DNA of 64,000 nucleotides, taken from NCBI RefSeq assembly GCF_006345805.1, contig NC_043012.1, positions 5,890,001 through 5,954,000 of the forward strand. Direction: 5' to 3'. The position numbers and the translations under genes are program-made. Of this stretch, positions 52,079-64,000 are shown piece by piece. Each line of letters opens with the position of its first letter. The first letter of the stretch is position 1. The notes under the pieces were generated by a model that was not told the origin of the DNA, made no database searches, and worked only from the letters and a program-made list of their open reading frames with translations. Source of the stretch: Octopus sinensis (lineage: Eukaryota).

Positions 52079-52495
52079 CATCATCATCATCATCATCCGC
52101 TTTCCATGCTGGCATGGGTTGGACGGTTTGACTGAGGACTGGCGAACCAGAGGGCTGCGCCAGGCTCCAATCTGATCTGGCAGAGTTTCTTCAGCTGGAT
52201 GCCCTTCGTAACGCCAACCACTCCGAGAGTGTAGTGGGTGCTTTTAAAGGCCAGTCTGGCGGTACTGGCAACAGCCACGCTCGAAAAAATGGTGTTTTTT
52301 ATGTGCCACCTGCACAGGAGTCAGTCCAGCAGCACTGGCAACGACCTTGCTCGAATGTTTTGTTCACGTGCCACCGGTACAAGTGCCCGTGAGGCGACGC
52401 TGACAACGATCACGCTCATGGTGCTCTTTACATGCCAGACAGCTGCTCTGGCAGTGATCCTGCTTGGATGGAGCTGTTAGTGCTCCACTGGTGTG
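52079..52495 (-). mobile_element. SINE-like family C
   Basis: (cat)n tail and GTGCCAC subrepeats. Confidence 0.85.
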
Positions 52496-52561
52496 GGTAC
52501 TTTTAAATCTCACAACATGAGACATTCAGCAACAGTACTTTGTAGTAAAGATTGTTTGCCA

Positions 52562-52939
52562 ACATAACATGGCAGTCCTGGTCTAGGACGAACGTTGCTG
52601 TAATTTAGCCCCAGGAGACATTGTCTCCAGCTGGCTATATGACACTATCTGTGTCCTTATTTTCAAACAAGGGAATCTAGCACCCCCACTCAGCTCAAAA
52701 CAAAATCTGTGTATTGCAATTTCCATGTTATTTCCCTTCATCAGCACAGAATAATTGTTCTGCTGAAGAGAAATAACCCAGAAATCGCGATACACAGATA
52801 TTCTTTTGAGCTGAGTGGGGGTGCTAGGTTCCCTTGTTCCAAAATATAAGGATACAGATTGTGTTGTATAGCCAGCTGGAGACGATTTCTCCTGGGGCTA
52901 AATTATAGCAGCATTCGTCCTAGGACTGCCATGTAATGT
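52562..52939. mobile_element. Fold-back palindrome 4 with outward-facing hammerheads at the axis
   Basis: Arms meet at AGAA(T)AATTGTTCT (axis 52754/52755); - 52708-52748 UGUG-CUGAUGA-AGGG AAAUAA CAUG-GAAA UUGCAA UA-CACA; + 52761-52796 CUGAAGAG AAAUAA CCCA-GAAA UCGCGA UA-CACA. Confidence 0.92.
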
Positions 52940-53142
52940 GTGTGTGTGTGTATATAATCTGGGATTACTTACTATAAGGCTAGTTAGAGGGAAGTACTCA
53001 AGGTATTAACACTTCATATGAACATATTAATTGTTGTCCCTACCAACAATTAATATGTATGTACTAGTTGCCAATTGTGTTACATTGCTAAACTTAAGCA
53101 ATGTGCTCGTGGATGGTTAATGGCATGGATTGATACTGAAAT

Positions 53143-53315
53143 ATACTCTTTTACTTGTTTCAGTCATTTGACTGTGGCCATGCTGGAGCACCGGGACTTA
53201 TTCTTTGTAAGCCTAGTACTTATTCTATTGGTCTCTTTTACCGAACCGCTAAGTTACGGGGACGTAAACACACCAGCATCGTTTGGTGGGAACAAACGCA
53301 AACACATAAACACAA

Positions 53316-53388
<73 letters not shown>

Positions 53389-53554
53389 TACGACGGGCTT
53401 CTTTCAGTTTCCGTCTACCAAATCTACTCACAAGGCTTTGGTCAGCCTGAGGCTCTAGTAGAAGACACTTGCCCAAGGTGCCACGCAGTGGGAACGAACC
53501 CGGAAGCATGTGGTTGGTAAGCAAGATACTTACCACACAGCCATTCCTGCGCCT
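53143..53554 (-). mobile_element. SINE family A
   Basis: Full reverse-complement copy. Confidence 0.9.
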
Positions 53555-53768
53555 ATGTATATACATATACACCCATTAGCTAATTCTCTGTCTTCGATCG
53601 CATTGTTTACGTTGATCTAGTCATAACTTTCAGCGCTGGCTCTAATTTCTATTTTAAAAAATCTGTAGCGATTACTCTAGAAAAGGCACATGAACATGTT
53701 TTTGTTATAACAGTAAGTCCAGCAAAATGAATTTACAAATGAAACGAAATGCTGACAGTTTTAATAGA

Positions 53769-53802
<34 letters not shown>

Positions 53803-55189
53803 ATGTACGAAGAAGACGGAAATTTATTTGGATATATATACACTTATATATATATATATATATACATACACTTTGTGTGTGTACACACACGCACACTTTT
53901 CTATGTTTAGATTGACATACATCTGTGAGTTTGTATGCAATAAGAAAGAGATCGGAGTATATATAGAGAGAGAGGAGAGAAGGCAGTGTTAGAAAAAGTT
54001 AGCTTTCTATAGCCAAGCGATTAGTGATCTGAACGAATACACACGAGTAGACACTAATACATTTAGGGAGCCAGCCAGACACATGTATATATCTATTTTT
54101 CTAGAGGTAACAGTTAGTTGAGAAGGGGATGGAAGAGTGCTTTTATTTTACCAACACGATTGACTAATGTCCCACTACAGACTCCAGACGAACCAACAAA
54201 CGGTTTGGTGGGGGGCGTCGGATAGATTATTAAGTCTATAAAAATCATTGATTTGGCGACTGTCTCTCGTCCACTTCCTTCTTCTTGCCCCTATTTCCAA
54301 TCCTTCGCCCCCCTTTTTATTCTTCATTCCCCCTCCTTCTCTTTTATGCATGTACGTACCATTAATTGGAGTAGAGTGTGTTCCTGAGTTTGAAGTGATG
54401 CCTTACTATGGATGGTAAGGATCGGATGGAAAGTGGACGCATGTGATGCTATTCGTCTGTTTGTCTGCCCAGTTTATTTATATATTTGTATCTGTGAATT
54501 TGAATGTTTGTCCGTCTGTTTATCTGTCTCATTCTTTCCATCTTGTCTTTCTCATTTCTTCCGTCTATCCGTTCCATGCCTGCCCATCTCATATATTCTC
54601 TTTCTCTTCTTAATTTGGAGTAAATTTTGACCAGCCACCTATTTGGTAGCAAGGTTTAACCATCATCCTTTAAATCTTAAGAAGGTCTTGCAGATTTTTA
54701 TAGTCCCAGATACCGCGAACGTATGAATTAAGGATTTGAGCCGTACGTGCGCACGCGAATAACTATATGTATGTATATATATATTCGTACAAATGGGTAA
54801 CAGCTTTTCTTAAATGCATGTTTCATTAAACACACGACTGTTCGTTTTGTATAGAATATGAAAAATCTAAAATAAATAAAAACGATAAAACTTAGCCCAG
54901 AATTTCATGAAACATGCGCGCGCGTAAACACACACACACAAATTATAGGAAATGGAATTAACATTTCTTTTTAAAATCACAATTGTTTCGACACATTCTT
55001 ACACCTTTATGTTGTGCAATCATTATTTTAAACCCAAGGTGTAAAATGTGCCTCCTTAGGTGATTGTTTAAATAAGTTCTTCGTTACCCGAATCTTAACT
55101 ACCCCCACCCCATATATATGTGGGTGGCGGCGAATCTCATCCTCATTGCTGAGTGTCGGGGACCATCTATGGACACCCAGCACCATTCC

Positions 55190-55990
55190 TCTGCACCGAT
55201 TTCTGCCTCTAGTACATAGTTGTTTGTGCATTCAGTCAGAGGTCTTTCAATCCGTTCTCTGACGTCGTCATCCGTAATTTTGGTCGGTTTCTCTACGATA
55301 TATAGCTTCCCGAGGCTCTGAGCCCTGGACATGTCGCCAAATACTGAAACTTACTTTTCTTGGCAGTTTCCAAAAAAGCACTGACTCGTTTGTTCGATGA
55401 TGATTTCAGCTGATCCTTAGTATTCTTTGGTAGCACATTGTTTCAAATGCTTTATATTTAGCAGTGTCGTTTGCTCTAAAGATCAAACTTTCACATCCAG
55501 ACAGTGCAACAGGCGAAACTAGTGTTTGCAGGAGCTTTGACTCAATGTCTTTGTTAAAAGCTCTGTTTTTCTAACTTGTATTGAGTGATTTTAAGGCTGA
55601 TATTGCTGACCCGAGCTGTGCTTTTATTTCACTGCCTCCATCTCCTGATTTGTTCTTTGATAGCACCCTGATATTCGAACTTGGTGACCTGTACTAAGGC
55701 CACTTTTTGGCATTGGCCGTTGAGTTGCTGTGGGTTTTTTTTTTGTCGCCAATACACTTAGTGGTTTGTCTGAAATCTCTAAAGCGCCAATAAAGGCTGT
55801 ATCGTCCAGCAACCATAAAATTTTCATGTTCATTTACTGATGGTGACTTCCGTCCAACCAAGTCCGTCATTTGATTATCTCATAGCAACTTCAGAGTAGA
55901 TAATGGAAGCATTTGGCTGAGACGAGACAATCTTGACGAACACCGTTCTTGATATAGAACTTGCCAGTGCGTTCCTTCCCCACCCTGATA
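55190..55990 (-). mobile_element. Decayed RTE-clade LINE RT fragment
   Basis: GVRQDCLVS (GVRQGC), LLDDTAFI (YADD), KLLQTLVSPVALSGCES (LYGCE). Confidence 0.82.
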
Positions 55991-56022
55991 TTCACAACGT
56001 AATAGTAAAGTATATTAAAATA

Positions 56023-56242
56023 TAAAGGGGTGAGGCTGAAAAGTTCCTGGCTTTGGGTAAAAGAAGATACAGGAGGAGCAGTTATGATTTTATTCAACAT
56101 ATTCCCCTTCTGAGATTCACCCACTTATTGCAGCGATCCTTCAGTTTTTCTAAGCCCTGAAAAAGGAACTCGGAAGGTTGGGCCTCTAACCAGGTCTTCT
56201 GCGAAACCCTTAAAGCCAAGAACTTTTCAGTACCTCTTTGTA
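56023..56242. mobile_element. Tc1/mariner-type MITE
   Basis: TIRs CTGAAAAGTTCCTGGCTTT / AAAGCCAAGAACTTTTCAG, TA ends. Confidence 0.8.
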
Positions 56243-56294
56243 TATCTTTTATCGGAACTATTCCATTGATTCCTTTTATCTTTTATCTGATATC

Positions 56295-56610
56295 TTTTAC
56301 AGTCATTGGACTGCGGCCATGATGGGACACGACATTGGAGGGTTTTATCGAAAAAAAAAAAATCGATCTCAATACTCATTTTCAAGTCTGTACTTAGGCT
56401 ATCGTTCTCCTTTTGTCGAACTGCTTAGGTTACGGGGGCTTAAATCACCACCGGTTGTTAAGTGATGGTACGCGCGCGCATACATACATGTATCATAGGC
56501 TTCTTTCAGTTTCCGTTTACCAAATCAATTTACAAGGCCACGATCAGCCCGGGTTTGTGAGAGACACTTGCCCAAGGTGCCACGCAATGGGACTGAACCC
56601 AAGACCACAT
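56295..56610 (-). mobile_element. SINE family A, degenerate
   Basis: Reverse-complement motifs. Confidence 0.78.
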
Positions 56611-58591
56611 TGTTTAAAAGATCCATTCATCATTTAAAAGCTAAAGGGACTTCCGAATCACCCTGTATATCAACTTATAGAAACCATTCATTCATCTGTC
56701 CACACACACACACATTTGCATGTATGTGTGTCAAAGTATAAAATTACGCCCGACAACGCCATTGGAAGTTGAGAGGCCAAGACAAGATACACACACATGG
56801 TGTGTGTGTGTGGTGGGGGGGGGGGGTTAGATCCATGTTTTAAACAAGATTCAAGCTGACAAAAGCTAATTTTAAACCAATGTGGTGGTGACCTAATGAA
56901 ACGGTTTAGATTTAGGTCAGCTGTTCATCATCAACGAGATTCCGACAGAACTATCGCCTGTCTTCCATTCATTTGGGTCTGGCCAACAGCTTCTACAGTT
57001 GGTAATTGGCATTCGGCACATTTTGTCTCTCTCTCTCTTCACCCCTTCCTTGTCAGTTTTTCTTGGAATGTTGAAGACAAGGAGTGAGGAGTGTGTGTGT
57101 GTGTGTGTGATAAAAAGTGAAGGTAGCAGAAGACAAAAGCTGGAATATCAATCAAATACAGAGAATGGAGTGGAGGAGATCTCCTCCCACTCACTCTCTG
57201 TAAGGAAATATTAAAGAGGGTAAGAGGTGGAAACAAGAAGGATAGAGAAAGAGAGAAAGATGAAGTTATAGGCGAAAAAATAATATTTTTTTTAAAGTTG
57301 TTCTTTTTTTCTTTCTGTGTTCTGCGAACCATGTTGGGCAGCGTGGTATGGCGCGTAACCTTGCTGAAAGGGGAGAAAAATTTGCTAGAGATAGACAGAG
57401 TAAATTTGTATATAGAAGTATCCAACGAGAGAAAGCGACAGATAGGTAAGGGATACATGTGTTTTGTGTATGTATATAATATACACACTATCTATCTATA
57501 TACATATAAGTATGTAAGAGATAATGAGAGGCAAGTTGATTTAATGAGAACGCATGAAACGAGCAAATTTAATTTGACTGACTCAGATAGGAGGCAGAGA
57601 TGCAGAAAGAAACAGAGAGAGAGAGAGAGATAGAAGAAGTATGGGACATACTAACTTAGGTTGACTTGTTAGAGGACACTTGTAAAAGGTACAAGTGAAA
57701 GAGAGAAAAACAAGTGATTGATAGAGAGAGGACGAATGAATAAATTTAAGTGAGTGACTGAGAGAGCCAGCCTGACTGATTCATCGTATTTGATTTGGTT
57801 GAACATGAGAAGCGAAATACGAGAGAGAGACAGAATGAGAGAGAGAGAGAGAAGAAAGAGAGGCAGACAGACAGACGGACAAACTGAGCATGTATGTAAA
57901 TATGAGAGAGAGAGAGAGGGGGGGGGTCTGAATGCTAAGAATAAACCAGTTGCAATGTAAGGTGGGAGATGATGAAAAGTTCATATTTCGAGCAGTTTAT
58001 TAATTTATTTATTTAATTAATTATTTATTCGCGCGCGCACCTCCCGTGTCATCATTTCTCTCTCTCTCTCTGTGTATGTATTTTTTAGTGTTTCATTTTA
58101 CAAAAACAGAGAAAAATGCAAAACAAAAGAAAATAGACAAGTTTGTAATGTTAGCGAGGAGTGAAAGAAAGGGAAAGCTGAAAGGAAGAAAAGAACAAAG
58201 CAAAGGAAATAAAGAGAGAAAGAGCTACAGCGATATAGAAGGAAGGAAGGAAGGAAGAAAGAAAAAGAAGATAACAAAGAATGATAGACAAGGAGAAGGA
58301 GAAAGAGGCAAAGAAAGAGTGCGAGAAAAGAACGGAAGGACAGACGAGTGATAAAGGTGCGAGTGAATAACGAAAAAAAAAGAAAATGAGTACCGCAAAC
58401 TAGAAGAAACAACAATAAAAAAAAGGGGAAAACTGAAGAGATAGAGAGAAGAGAAGACGGCAAGAAAAAGAAAGCCGAAAGGAAACAAACAAAAAGAAAA
58501 AAAAAGGAAGCCAAGGGTGGATGACAAGAAAGGCAGAAGGGAAGAAAAAAGAAAAAAGTAGAAGGAAGGATTTAGGTGTGAGTTTGAGTAA

Positions 58592-58677
58592 TCAGAGTGG
58601 TTGGTGGGTGGCTTTTGGCGACATTCCAGCACAGCTGTGGAACCATCTTTCTTTAAGCATCGTAACATGTTCTTCAC
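58592..58677 (-). CDS. Possible terminal exon of an unidentified minus-strand gene
   Basis: Acceptor attattttccag|; reading (G)EEHVTMLKERWFHSCAGMSPKATHQPL*; followed by CT-rich UTR-like DNA; no homology recognised. Confidence 0.25.
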
Positions 58678-59536
58678 CTGGAAAATAATTTACAGATAAT
58701 GAAATCCGGAATGGTAAGTTTGCTCCACTATTCTCAGCTTGTTGAATATTTATACACTACACATACAACACAACGCTTTTGCCATAGGTACATTAAATAC
58801 ATGTACATGTATACACATAGCATTTAAGTTTGCCCCTAAATATATTCATGAATGTGTGTATACGAGAGAGATAGATAGATAGATAGAGTGAGATAGTGTG
58901 TTCATAATACGAAGACGAAATGGCGAGGTGCTCTATGCATTATTACCATATTACCAAGAAGTATGCATCTTTCGAACCGTGTTTGCTACCTGTTTTCATT
59001 CCCTTGTGAAGTTGACTCACTTCACTTTACTTTTGCATTTAATAATAATAATTCATAAATAAAAAACAAGACACGGACGCCACTACACGTTTCCCTTTTT
59101 CGTTCGATAGTGCGTTGTTTCTAAAAGCTTGTAATACTTTCTGTAGAAAGCATTATTGTCGGCGAATGGCCGGTAAGGGTAAGATTACAAATCGGACCTT
59201 TTCAGCTTGCGGTCCAGGTTCGCGTCTCAGCATGATAAAGCACTCTATCAGGGTGGCTTTTGAGGACATATAATTGATTTTTATTGTATCCTTCGCTAGG
59301 AAACAGTGTATACGGCTTCACAAAATAAAAATAAAAGTGTTACTTGCAATAGAGACTAGAGTTCTCTCCAGTGAGAGCTTTGTCTTCGTTAATGAACGCC
59401 ACCGAAAATTGAAATAAAACCGCTGCGGCTTATAAAATGTAATTACATGTATACATATATTTTTGTGTTAGAATGTATTTGTGTGTGTGCGCACGTGTTT
59501 AAAGATATATATGTTTATATATGTGTATGTGTTTAA

Positions 59537-59581
<45 letters not shown>

Positions 59582-60199
59582 CTTGCCTGAAGACCCTGCG
59601 CACACGTGTGCGAATGAATGTGTGTAATATACGTACATGTTAGACTGTGGTTAAGAAGTTTGATTCCCGACTATATGATCTTAGATTCAGTCCCACGGTG
59701 CTGCTATTCGGACCAGTTTCTATCATACCACCAATCCGAATGCCCTTCCTGTCGCCAATCTTCATCTTCTTCCGAGTAAGGTAATATTTCCCGCAATGAC
59801 CCAAACGTGTATCTGTAGAATAGTGGAGATCAACACAAAAAAACATTATCTAGCTAAGTATTACCTTGCTTGGAAACAGGTGTGGGTTAGCGACAGGAAA
59901 GACGTGGGAGTGTGTCTCCTTGTGTAATACAATGCATAGTGTAATAGTTATTAACGAGTGTCGCCGTCCTTCGTGCACATAAATTATTGTCTGTTTGGAA
60001 GACATCAACGCACATCAGCATATAACTTGTTCGGTTACTTCTATAAACAAGAGCCACCATTTTTGTTAGGATTTGTTGATCCAATGGTAACTTTCACTGA
60101 AGAGACAGAATTAGGTCGATACACTGGTGCTTCAAATATCTCGTACAGAAATGAATCGAGCGTTTTGTCAACAGTGTGCAAATCTTTGCACGCGGCCAG

Positions 60200-60510
60200 C
60201 GAGCTCGGGGGAGAGTTGGTCGATTACATCGACCCCAGTGTTCAACTGGTGCTTATTTTATCGACCCCGAAAGGATGAAAGGTAAAGTCGACCACGGCGG
60301 AATTTGGACTCAGAACGTAAAGACGGACGAAATACCTATTTCTCTAGACAAAGGGATTAAGTCGATTACATCGACCCCAGTGCGTAATTGGTACTTATTT
60401 AATCGACTACGAAAGGATGAAAGGCAAAGTCGACCTCGGCGGAATTTGAACTCAGAACGTAACGACAGACGAAATACTGGTAAGCATTTCGCCCGGCGTG
60501 CCAGCTCGCC
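60200..60510 (-). mobile_element. Two tandem SINE B copies
   Basis: Core repeated twice, CpGs intact. Confidence 0.88.
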
Positions 60511-60619
60511 GACTTCGAATTAACATAGTCACATCCAAATATGATGGATCATATTAAGAGTAAATATGCACTGCATCGTTTTCATTCTCATCGTTTTTCA
60601 TACACATAATTTATTATGA

Positions 60620-60946
60620 GACTACTCTCTGATACGCATCCATTTCCTGCTCCTCTTTCATACTTTAGCCACTCAACACCTGTCATAATGCCACGTCCCT
60701 ACCCTCTACTTCAACCCCACTCAGTTTAAGGTCTTTGTCTTGCAAGTTATTTTGGCTACCTCACTGCTTCTGGTGTCGCGAAAAAATGCACCCTGTACAC
60801 TGTCGTTGGCGTTAGGAAGTGCATCTAATTGTAAAATCATACCAAAACGTACACTGGAGCTTAACGCCGTCCTCCGACTCGTTGTGTCTTCTCAAACCAT
60901 TCAACACATGCCAGCATGGAAGCCGAACGTGTTAAATGATGATGAC
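60620..60946 (+). mobile_element. Family C element, diverged
   Basis: GGCGTTAGGAAG, CATGCCAGCATGGAA, (GAT)n tail. Confidence 0.72.
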
Positions 60947-60959
60947 GCTAATATATATA

Positions 60960-61318
60960 GGCGCAGGAGTGGATGTGTGGTAAGAAGCTTGCTTCCCAAC
61001 CACATGGTCCCGAGTTGAGTCCCACTGCGTGGCATCCCGGGCAAGTGTCTTCTACTATAGCCTCGGGCCGATCAAAGCCTTGTGAGTGGATTTGTTAGAT
61101 GGAAACTGAAAGTCGCCCGTCGCATATGTGTCTACCTACCCCATCACCGTTTGACAACCAGTGCTGATGTGTTTATGTCCTCGTAACTTAGCGGTTCAGC
61201 AAAAGAGACCAATAGAATATGTACTAGGCTTAACATAAGTCCTGGGTTCGATTTGTTCGACTAAATCCCCAAAAGACCGTGCTCCAGCATGGCTACAGTC
61301 AAATGACTGGAGCAAAAG
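60960..61318 (+). mobile_element. SINE family A
   Basis: Full motifs. Confidence 0.88.
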
Positions 61319-62116
61319 GATATATACACGTATTTGGAAAACAGGCGAGGGTTGACAACAGGAAGAACATCCGGCCGTAAAATCCTGCCTCTGATAAAGA
61401 TATGAAGAGAGGGTTGTGTTGGAAATTCTGAAAATATTACCGAATCCAGCATACACCTGACGAAAGCAAGAGGGTACCATACCCCAAGCTTTGTTTATTA
61501 AAACAAAGACGAAGGCACTAATCTAAATACATAAGTGTATTTCTATTTTATAAAAGCTAATATAAATAAAGGCTGGTTGGTTAGTCGGTTGGTTTTTCAA
61601 GTCACGCTTTACACCGTAGAGAGAGAGAGAGGGGTAATGGGAAGGTGCAGAGACTGTTAAGAGGTGCATGATGAGCGCACATAGTAGGCTTGACGGCAGG
61701 CAATGAATAAAAAGCACGCCCTCCCCTTCATACACATGCCACAGTAAGAGAGAGTCATAGTCTGAGGAGGAGAAGAATAAGGGACAGAGGAATAGATATC
61801 TTTCTCTTGAAAATTAGTATTGTTTTTTATCATTTTGTATAAACTCAAAAAAGTTGGAAAAAAGTTAAATTACAACAATTATGTTTGCCACATGTCAAAA
61901 GTATACTTCGAAGTTCCCCGTCAAAATGACCCGTCACTTCAGTATTGACTCTTCTCCATCTCGAAAGTCGTGCCTGTATATATTTGTATATGAATATGTA
62001 TATTTGTTTATGCGTACACTTCTGTGTGTGTCTTCGTGCGAATGCTCGTGTAGTCTACTGTGTATATATGTATGTATGTGTATATAATTATTGAATGGCA
62101 CTTCTACATGCAAGAT

Positions 62117-62171
<55 letters not shown>

Positions 62172-63532
62172 TGTATGAATACAATCACAGGTTAACACAT
62201 ACTCATGGGTTATATATATATATTACACATACTCATGGGTAATATATATATATATGCGCACATGTGTGTTTGTTTGCACCCTGTAACAAGTCCATTAATT
62301 TTATTTATGCAGTTTATATAAAACATTGTTTATGGAGGTATGGATACGCTTAACGAAAACGATATAAAACATGTGTATATTTATATCAATATATAAAAGA
62401 TCAAAGGATTGATAATTAATTGTGTGTGTATGTATGTTTAAGATAAGCGGAAACGATAAAAGATGAAAGTTTCCGGATGTTGCAGAGGCGGTTTGGGTAT
62501 GCGTTTTAAGTACAATGGTACATAATTGTTTGAGGTCGTATTAATACTTTGTTTCCGAAAAAAAAAAGGAGAAAAAAAGTGGGTAAATTATATAAATGAA
62601 GGCAGAAAGGGGATTAAGTAAAAGCGTTAAACTTATTAACAAATTAGTACTGACACTTCCTCTGGCCGTTCTATATTTATACACGTACATTAGCCCATCC
62701 GCATACATAAATTGATTGTTATATAATGTGTGTCTGTGCATTTGTATATGGAATAACGAGCATAAATGCGTATGTAGAACTGTGGCTATATATGTGTATA
62801 TATGTGTGCGTGCCTGTATAACACGCACACATTAACACAAATAAATATTGTTTGTATGCATAAAGCAAGCGCTCGTGCACACACATACACTCGTGCGCGC
62901 ACGTGTCTGCAATCATACACCGGAAGTCGTTGTTGATATCGATTTCTTTTTGAAAGATAAGAAATAACTATTTCTTGAAGACTTAATTTCTTTAATTAAC
63001 ATTTCTAGCAGGAACTATTCTTTTGATCAATATCGGTCGTTTGTGTGTTTGCCTCTCTATTCGCTCTTGAATGAGTATCTAAGGTGTTTGCGTGTAAAGT
63101 TCCCGCTGGATGATCGCCCTGGCGTGAAACTGAAGTCGCGAGAAAAGAATTTAGTTGAACGTTTATGTTTACAGACGAAGAAAAAGTACTCAATACATTG
63201 TTTAGATATTTTATTAGAAACTGAACCTTCTTGAACTGTTATTCTGGATTTCACTTTGTCGGTCAGCCAAATATGTGTTAAGGTTGGGTAATGCTCTCTC
63301 ATCACCAAAAATAGAAAAGGACAAAAACATGATGCTATTTGAAAATACCCGACACACGTACACAAAAGAACCCTTCTCCTGTCGTAGATTATATTTCTTC
63401 ATATTTTTAGAATTGCGAGTGACCTTTGTAGTATGGCCATTTTTTAAAAATTTATTGAATTGAAAGAAAAATAAAACGCAATACATAAAATGAAACGAAA
63501 ACGCACACATTTTTAATGATTCTTTCTAGAAT

Positions 63533-63938
63533 AGGCACACAGCCTGAAATTTCGCGGGAGGCGGCTAGTTGATTAAATCGACCTCACGGCTCAACGGGTA
63601 CTTATTTTATTGACTCTGAAAGGAGAAAAGACAGCCGATCGCGGCAGAATTTGAATTCAGGACCTAAAGACAAACGAAATGTTGCTTAAGTATTTTGTCC
63701 GGCGTGCTAACGTTTCTAACAGTATTAATGATTTCTGCTGTCGGCACAAGGCCTGAAATTCTTTTTTGGGGGTTAAGTCGATTACATCGACCCCAGTGCT
63801 CGACCGGTACTTAATTTATCAACCCCGAAAGGATGAAAGGCAAAGTCGACCTCGGCGGAATTTGAACTCAGGACCTAGCAGCAGATGAAATACCGCTAAG
63901 CATTTTGCCTGGCATACTAACTGTTCTGCCAGCTCGCT
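63533..63938 (-). mobile_element. Two tandem SINE B copies
   Basis: 63533-63720 and 63745-63938 carry core and head. Confidence 0.86.
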
Positions 63939-64000
63939 CCCATTTCGTTCTCCCAGTAACAATGAATTTAAATTTTTGACACAGAGTCAGGAATTTTGGG

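Noticed and set aside
60092-60135. Hammerhead-like CUGAAGA-GAC..GUC-GAUAC
   Set aside because: The GAAA is broken, no stem I pairing, and G at the cleavage position; not distinguishable from chance

Overview
AT-rich, microsatellite-dense eukaryotic genomic DNA. The SINE repertoire and repeat density strongly resemble an Octopus (coleoid cephalopod) genome; this is an inference, no search was run. Most of the window is interspersed repeat: several SINE families, decayed LINEs (CR1, L1/Tx1, RTE), a 5'-truncated Penelope-like element (PLE, Naiad-type RT + GIY-YIG), piggyBac-, Tc1/pogo- and hAT-type non-autonomous DNA elements, a 1.4-kb tandem duplication and a SINE-derived higher-order array. 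Only one convincing host coding exon is seen (13463-14228, +; probable end of a PDZ-like domain followed by a long Ser-rich region). The most striking signal lies outside the ORF track: about ten type I hammerhead-ribozyme (HHR) motifs. All four large (230-450 bp) fold-back palindromes in the window (about 21.7, 40.1, 50.0 and 52.8 kb) are unrelated in sequence and differ in apparent age, yet each carries HHR core(s) at or near its centre, reading outward. This suggests a recurrent class of palindromic ribozyme-bearing mini-elements mobilised by PLEs. Coordinates of degenerate repeats are approximate, read by eye.
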